Below, piece by piece: positions 58,641 to 64,000 of a DNA stretch of 64,000 nt. The stretch spans positions 9,982,001-10,046,000 of the forward strand of contig CM022678.1 in assembly GCA_012295275.1 (NCBI GenBank). The letters run 5' to 3'. Positions within the stretch are counted from its first letter, which is position 1, and each line of letters opens with the position of its first letter. Position numbers and translations under genes: made by a program. Source of the stretch: Chrysomallon squamiferum. Lineage: Eukaryota; Animalia; Mollusca. The notes below the pieces were generated by a model. The model was not told the origin of the DNA and searched no databases. It saw only the letters and a list, made by a program, of their open reading frames with translations.

Positions 58641-58813
58641 CAGTGGAACCTCGAGTTACGAACTTAACTGGTTCCAGAATTCGGTTCGTAAACCGAACTG
58701 TATGTAAACCGAAGCGATGTCAGACACAGGAACGTCGCTCTCATGTTTTGCAATTATTTCTTTCTTATGTTTTCATACTTTCCACCAGCAATTTTTGTTT
58801 TCCTGGGCGCCAT
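58641..58813 (-). mobile_element. Tigger/pogo (Tc1-mariner superfamily) DNA transposon remnant, internally deleted
   Basis: TA followed by CAGTGGAACCTCGAGTTACGAAC, a TIR-like end with an internal inverted GTTCGTAAAC. Minus strand encodes MAPRKTKIAGGK.../KKEIIAKHESDVPVSDIA, resembling the N-terminal HTH of Tigger transposases. Second TIR not found. Confidence 0.75.
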
Positions 58814-58905
58814 TTGGATAGGGTATAAATTTACACATAAAAGCAGCAACACTTTAACCTCTTCTGTGATAACGTTATTTGTAAACAGACAGAAACCGTT
58901 GCAGT

Positions 58906-58947
<42 letters not shown>

Positions 58948-58988
58948 TGTGTGAGTATGTATGAGTGAGAGTGTGTGTGTTTGTGACT

Positions 58989-59028
<40 letters not shown>

Positions 59029-59282
59029 TGTGTGTGTGTGTGAGTGAGTTGTGTGTGTGAGTGAGAGTGTGTGAAATGAGTATGTACGTGTAAATCAAAG
59101 TGGATAGAAGAGCTGTTTAATTGTGAAAATGTTAACATGTTTATTATGTGATTTCATCATTACTCATCTGTCTATTTCACACCGCCCTTCATTACGGTAT
59201 CTCAGAGAAAATGAATAATAATTAAAATAAAAATTTAAAAATATTTTGTATTATGTTTCCACCTAGTTTCAGTGTGAGATAA

Positions 59283-60040
59283 CAGCCCATATATTCCTAT
59301 GTACAACTCAGTCTTCCCTTACTCTGATACGTCAATGTCTCCAAAATCTACACAGTAATCAGCCCATAGATTCCTATGTACAACTCAGTCTTCCCTTACT
59401 CTGTTACGTCAGTGTCTCCAAAATCTACACAGTAATCAGCCCATAGATTCCTATGTACAGCTCAGTCTTCACTTTCTCTGTTACGTCAATGTCTCCAAAA
59501 TCTACACAGTAATCAGCCCATAGATTCCTATGTACAGCTCAGTCTTCCCTTACTCTGTTACGTCAATGTCTCCAAAATCTACACAGTAATCAGCACATAG
59601 ATTCCTGTGTACAACTCAGTCTTCACTTACTCTGTTACGTCAATGTCTCCAAAATCTACACAGTAATCAGCACATAGATTCCTATGTACAGCTCAGTCTT
59701 CACTTTCTCTGTTACGTCAATGTCTCCAAAATCTACACAGTAATCAGCACATAGATTCCTGTGTACAACTCAGTCTTCCCTTACTCTGTTACGTCAATGT
59801 CTCCAAAATCTACACAGTAATCAGCACATAGATTCCTATGTACAGCTCAGTCTTCACTTTCTCTGTTACGTCAATGTCTCCAAAATCTACACAGTAATCA
59901 GCACATAGATTCCTGTGTACAACTCAGTCTTCCCTTAAAATGTCCCAAAATCTACACAGTAATCAGCACATAGATTCCTGTGTACAACTCAGTCTTCCCT
60001 TACTCTGTTACGTCAATGTCTCCAAAATCCACACAGTAAT
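59283..60040. repeat. 77-bp minisatellite, ~10 units (paralog)
   Basis: Period 77 (59360 to 59437); same flanks as 35299-35606. Confidence 0.95.
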
Positions 60041-60404
60041 CCAGAGCTTCAACAGTCCTGGTGTCAACAGCTATGAAGGTTTCTGTTGTTCTGTTCAGAA
60101 TATTTAATAATGATTATCTGAACAAAATATTTTCATTTATTTTAGACATTCCAGAAAGGTGTTGGTTAATGATGAAGTTATTGATACTGGGTGATGTTGT
60201 TGATAATAGAGTTATTGATATTGGTTGATAATAAAATTATTGATACTGGGTGATGTTGTTGATAATAGAGTTATTGATATTGGTTGATAATGAAATTATT
60301 GATACTGGGTGAAGGTGGAGTTACTCGAACTGTGACAAAGCCTGTCTCAGGAATGTTTTATCTGATTATAAAGTGACTGCTAGTTCTATCATTTAGTGTG
60401 CGTG

Positions 60405-60453
<49 letters not shown>

Positions 60454-61214
60454 CTTTGTAGGTGTACAGTTTTATTACTAAATAATCCCATCTATTCATA
60501 TGACAACTGTATAAGAAAAATGTTATTATTATTAAAATTATTAAAACATTTTCATATAAACTATGGAACTGAATGGACTTATTAAGATTTCTACCTATTT
60601 TTTTAATTTTTAATTTTTTTTTAAATGTTTTATAAAAAATAAAATTTTTTTAAAAAAATTAAATTTTATATTTTAATTTATTGAAATAAAAAATGTAATA
60701 CTTTGCTTTCGACAGTGCAGACGATAAGACATCTTGTTAAAGCAGAATAATTCACGTAATGACAGCTCGAAATGACGCAACAACCCTACACCCCTAAAAA
60801 ATCAGACAAAGTGTAATGTCCCATTTCCAGTAAACTCATTTATAACAAGTTATCAACTGTACGTGTTTTAATCTAATGGACAAAGTGATAATGAAAAATA
60901 TAAATCAAATTATGAAACTGTTTGTATTCGTTTATTTTAAATAAAAACGTCAATTACGAAACTGTAAATGGAATTAATATATGTTTGTTTTTCAGTGCAA
61001 ATAAAAAAATACTTTGATGTAAAAATATAAGAAAATAAATATAGAAAAATTAAACGAAAGACGAAGAATGATTGAATACAAGATAATTATTAGAAGAGAA
61101 TAATAAAAAAAAAAACGATTGAGAAGAAAATAAGAAAAAAAAAAGAAAGATGAGAAAATAAAATGAACAGAAGAAAATAAAAAAAAGTTAAAATTATAAT
61201 AATAATAATAATAA

Positions 61215-61245
<31 letters not shown>

Positions 61246-62378
61246 AAGAAATTAAAAACAAAGGAGAAAGTTCAAGAAAAGAAAGAAAGAAGAAATGAAA
61301 AATCAGGTCAAGGTTGCAATGTCTGTTTCGCTGTTTTTACTGCGCGAGTTTCTTCACGTATTAATAAAACCTAAAGTTAATTTAAAAAAAATAAAATAAA
61401 ATAAAAAGGAAATGTTTGAATGTACAAATAAGACATTATCAGCACGTTATACACTGTGTTACAATTAAAAACTTTGTATTCTGTATGGAGTGAATGTGTT
61501 CATAGTCTCTTTAAGTAAATTTATATATACTGTTTAAAAAAAAGTAAGGTACTCTAATAATGATTTTACAATTGACAAATTTGTATGTAAGTTAACTGTG
61601 GGGAACGGCAATAAATATTATTAAATAAATGAAGGATCGGAACGAGTTTCATCGTCTGCGTAAAAATGACTAAAAACAAAACGATAATAACTGTATCATC
61701 AACAGAACGAAAACAACAAAAACAACAACATTGTAATTGTCCATAGTGATTAACGACATTCCAGAAAATTGTCAAAATCCACAATAACAGCCCTACTACA
61801 CACACTTGCAATTTGTGATGCACGTGCGAAGTATGAAATTTGACAAATGGACGTGGAAACGTAAGTCAAAATTAATATTTTCAGGTTCCCCCAATTTTTG
61901 TGTAGAGTATATTAAATGAAAACGAAACAATAAATAAATAAATAAATAAATAAATGTTGTTTTTTTTTTTTTTTTTTTGGGGGGTATGTTGTCATCTCCC
62001 TAAATAAATAATTTATAATTTGCTTTATGTAATTTGCAGGTGGGGGGGATATAATATTTAATGAAATATTTAATGAAAAGTATGACTATATTATTAATGA
62101 TAAATGTGAGTAGTCCATAATATCCATCGTTTAAAAGCTCTTTTACTAAGATAATTATAAGATAAGTGATAAGAGACATTTGAAAAACATGCTGCGGATA
62201 CTGAAACATCAAAGCTGTTATTTAAACTTAATTGAAATACTGAATTTATTTCATACAATTTGGTATAGAAATAAAATAAAATGACTAATTCTGGAAACAG
62301 AATTTTGCAGTGCTCACTTTTCCCTTTTTTTTTTTTTTTTTTTAGTCTCTTGATGAAGTCGACAAACGTCTTTCTGAA

Positions 62379-62516
62379 ATGAACAACGCTAAATTCTGTT
62401 AACTGCGTCACAAGCGTTTCTCATCAAACTCAGCAAGATGGAGAAGAAGCAGACGGTAATTTTAACTGTTTTCTTACTGACTTACTTACTTACTTACTCA
62501 GTTAATTAAGTAATTA

Positions 62517-62572
<56 letters not shown>

Positions 62573-63234
62573 ATCGGAAGGTTATTATTAATATTCTGTT
62601 TATTTTTGTTTGGAGGCGGACGTTGTCTTTACGATAGTAACTTATTTTCAAGATTAGTTTGCGCAAGGCTTTTAATATTTGTTATAAATATAACAATTTA
62701 TTTTATTTCGTGTCTATATATATATAATATTATAACTGATTCAGTACTAGTTACTGAAATTGTTACTCATATTTAATTTTTTATTTATTTTTTAACTGAT
62801 GTATTTATTACCATTATTATTTCTGTTATTATATCTGTTGTTGTTGGTGTTGCTCTTGTTAGTATTATTCACCGAAAGATCACAGGTATACAGAATTACC
62901 GCCATCACTAAAATATTTAATACAAAAATAGACAAAAGTAAATTTATTGTATTATTTAGGTGACGAACAAAAGTACTCTGCAAAGAGGTTGTGTTATACT
63001 GAATGGCAGAAGTATTAAGGTAAGATTCTTGAAATTATTTCCATGTTAAACTGTTATTTCTGTTTAATACATAATACGGTTGAACACAAAATTTACCGGT
63101 TTTGTGAGTTTAATTTTTCACAATGTATTTATATTTGTTTATTTATTTATTTGTTTGCTTACGTAATTATTTATTTGTTTATTTACTTATTTATTAATTT
63201 ATTTGTTCATTTATGTCTTTATTTATTTGTTTGT

Positions 63235-63277
<43 letters not shown>

Positions 63278-63409
63278 TTTGTTTGTTTATTTGTTTATTT
63301 CTGACAGATATTTACAAAGGATTCAGCTGGGAACACAGATATCTAGGACACTGCGGGTTTAAACAGGCGTGACTCTGGAGCAGGCAGTGAGACTGTTAGA
63401 GTGTAACAA
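62379..63409 (+). pseudogene. 5' exons (62379-62455, 62960-63019, 63308-63409) of a gene, possibly sulfotransferase-family-like, disrupted as assembled
   Basis: Canonical GT-AG sites. The phase-1 join reads ..QQDGEEADG|DEQKYSAKRLCYTEWQKY*|DIYKGFSWEHRYLGHCGF/GVTLEQAVRLLECN, with two frameshifts and one TAA. The family guess rests on recalled resemblance to the GxTLxxxxxLLxxN N-terminus of P-loop sulfotransferase-family proteins. Confidence 0.4.
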
Positions 63410-63838
63410 GTAATTTGTAAGACTTTAATTTTCTTATAAAACGTCTTTATACAGTTAGAGACAGAGTGTAACAAGTAATTTGTAAGACTTTAATTTTCTT
63501 ATAAAACGTTTTTATAAAACGTCTTTATAGTTAGAGACAGAGTGTAACAAGTAATTTGTAAGACTTTAATTTTCTTATAAAACGTCTTTATACAGTTAGA
63601 GACAGACTGTAACAAGCAATTTGTAAGACTTTAATTTTCTTATAAAACGTCTTTATACAGTTAGAGACAGAGTGTAACAAGCAATTTGTAAGACTTTTTT
63701 TAGTCTTAATAAAACGTCTTTTATACAGTTAGAGAGACAGAATTTGTAAGACTTTAATTTTCTTAAAAACGTCTTTATATAGTTAAGAATAATTTTTGTA
63801 AGACTTTAATTTTTTTATATAAAACGTCTTTATATAGT
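63396..63838. repeat. 65-bp minisatellite, ~6-7 degenerating units
   Basis: Unit agagtgtaacaagtaatttgtaagactttaattttcttataaaacgtctttatacagttagagac; period 65 (63401 to 63466). Confidence 0.9.
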
Positions 63839-64000
63839 TTTGGGGTTATGTTTAAAAAAATATATATAAAGTATTCTGAAATTTTATTTATTTAAAAACT
63901 GTAATATTTTATAATTTTATTATCAAACGTCTAAAATACATTTGTACTTTTGCTATAAGAATAAAAAAAAATTACTTTCTAATCATTGTATAATTTTAAT

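Overview
AT-rich, microsatellite-saturated eukaryotic genomic DNA, probably an invertebrate such as a mollusc (inferred from the gene family and repeat landscape). It consists of three contigs joined by two 200-N gaps (11895-12094, 37478-37677). Most long ORFs in the track are microsatellite artefacts. The real content is a ~21-25 kb segment present three times: once inverted and partial (~400-11894) and twice in tandem (~16300-37200, ~40300-61930). Each copy carries a TRIM-like E3 ligase gene with two coding exons (C3HC4 RING; coiled coil, Thr/Asp repeat linker and six-bladed NHL-like beta-propeller; no recognisable B-box). Main observation: the three propellers are nearly identical in DNA, yet their differences are almost all amino-acid-changing and cluster in the loops predicted to form one face of the propeller, as expected for a diversifying recognition receptor-ligase family. 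All copies are frameshifted as assembled (copy 3 once), which may be consensus error. Also present: exon remnants of an antisense gene around the TRIM copies, minisatellites at putative splice sites, a Tigger/pogo remnant, an older inverted repeat around a YY1-motif island, and the disrupted 5' end of a possible sulfotransferase-like gene at the right end.
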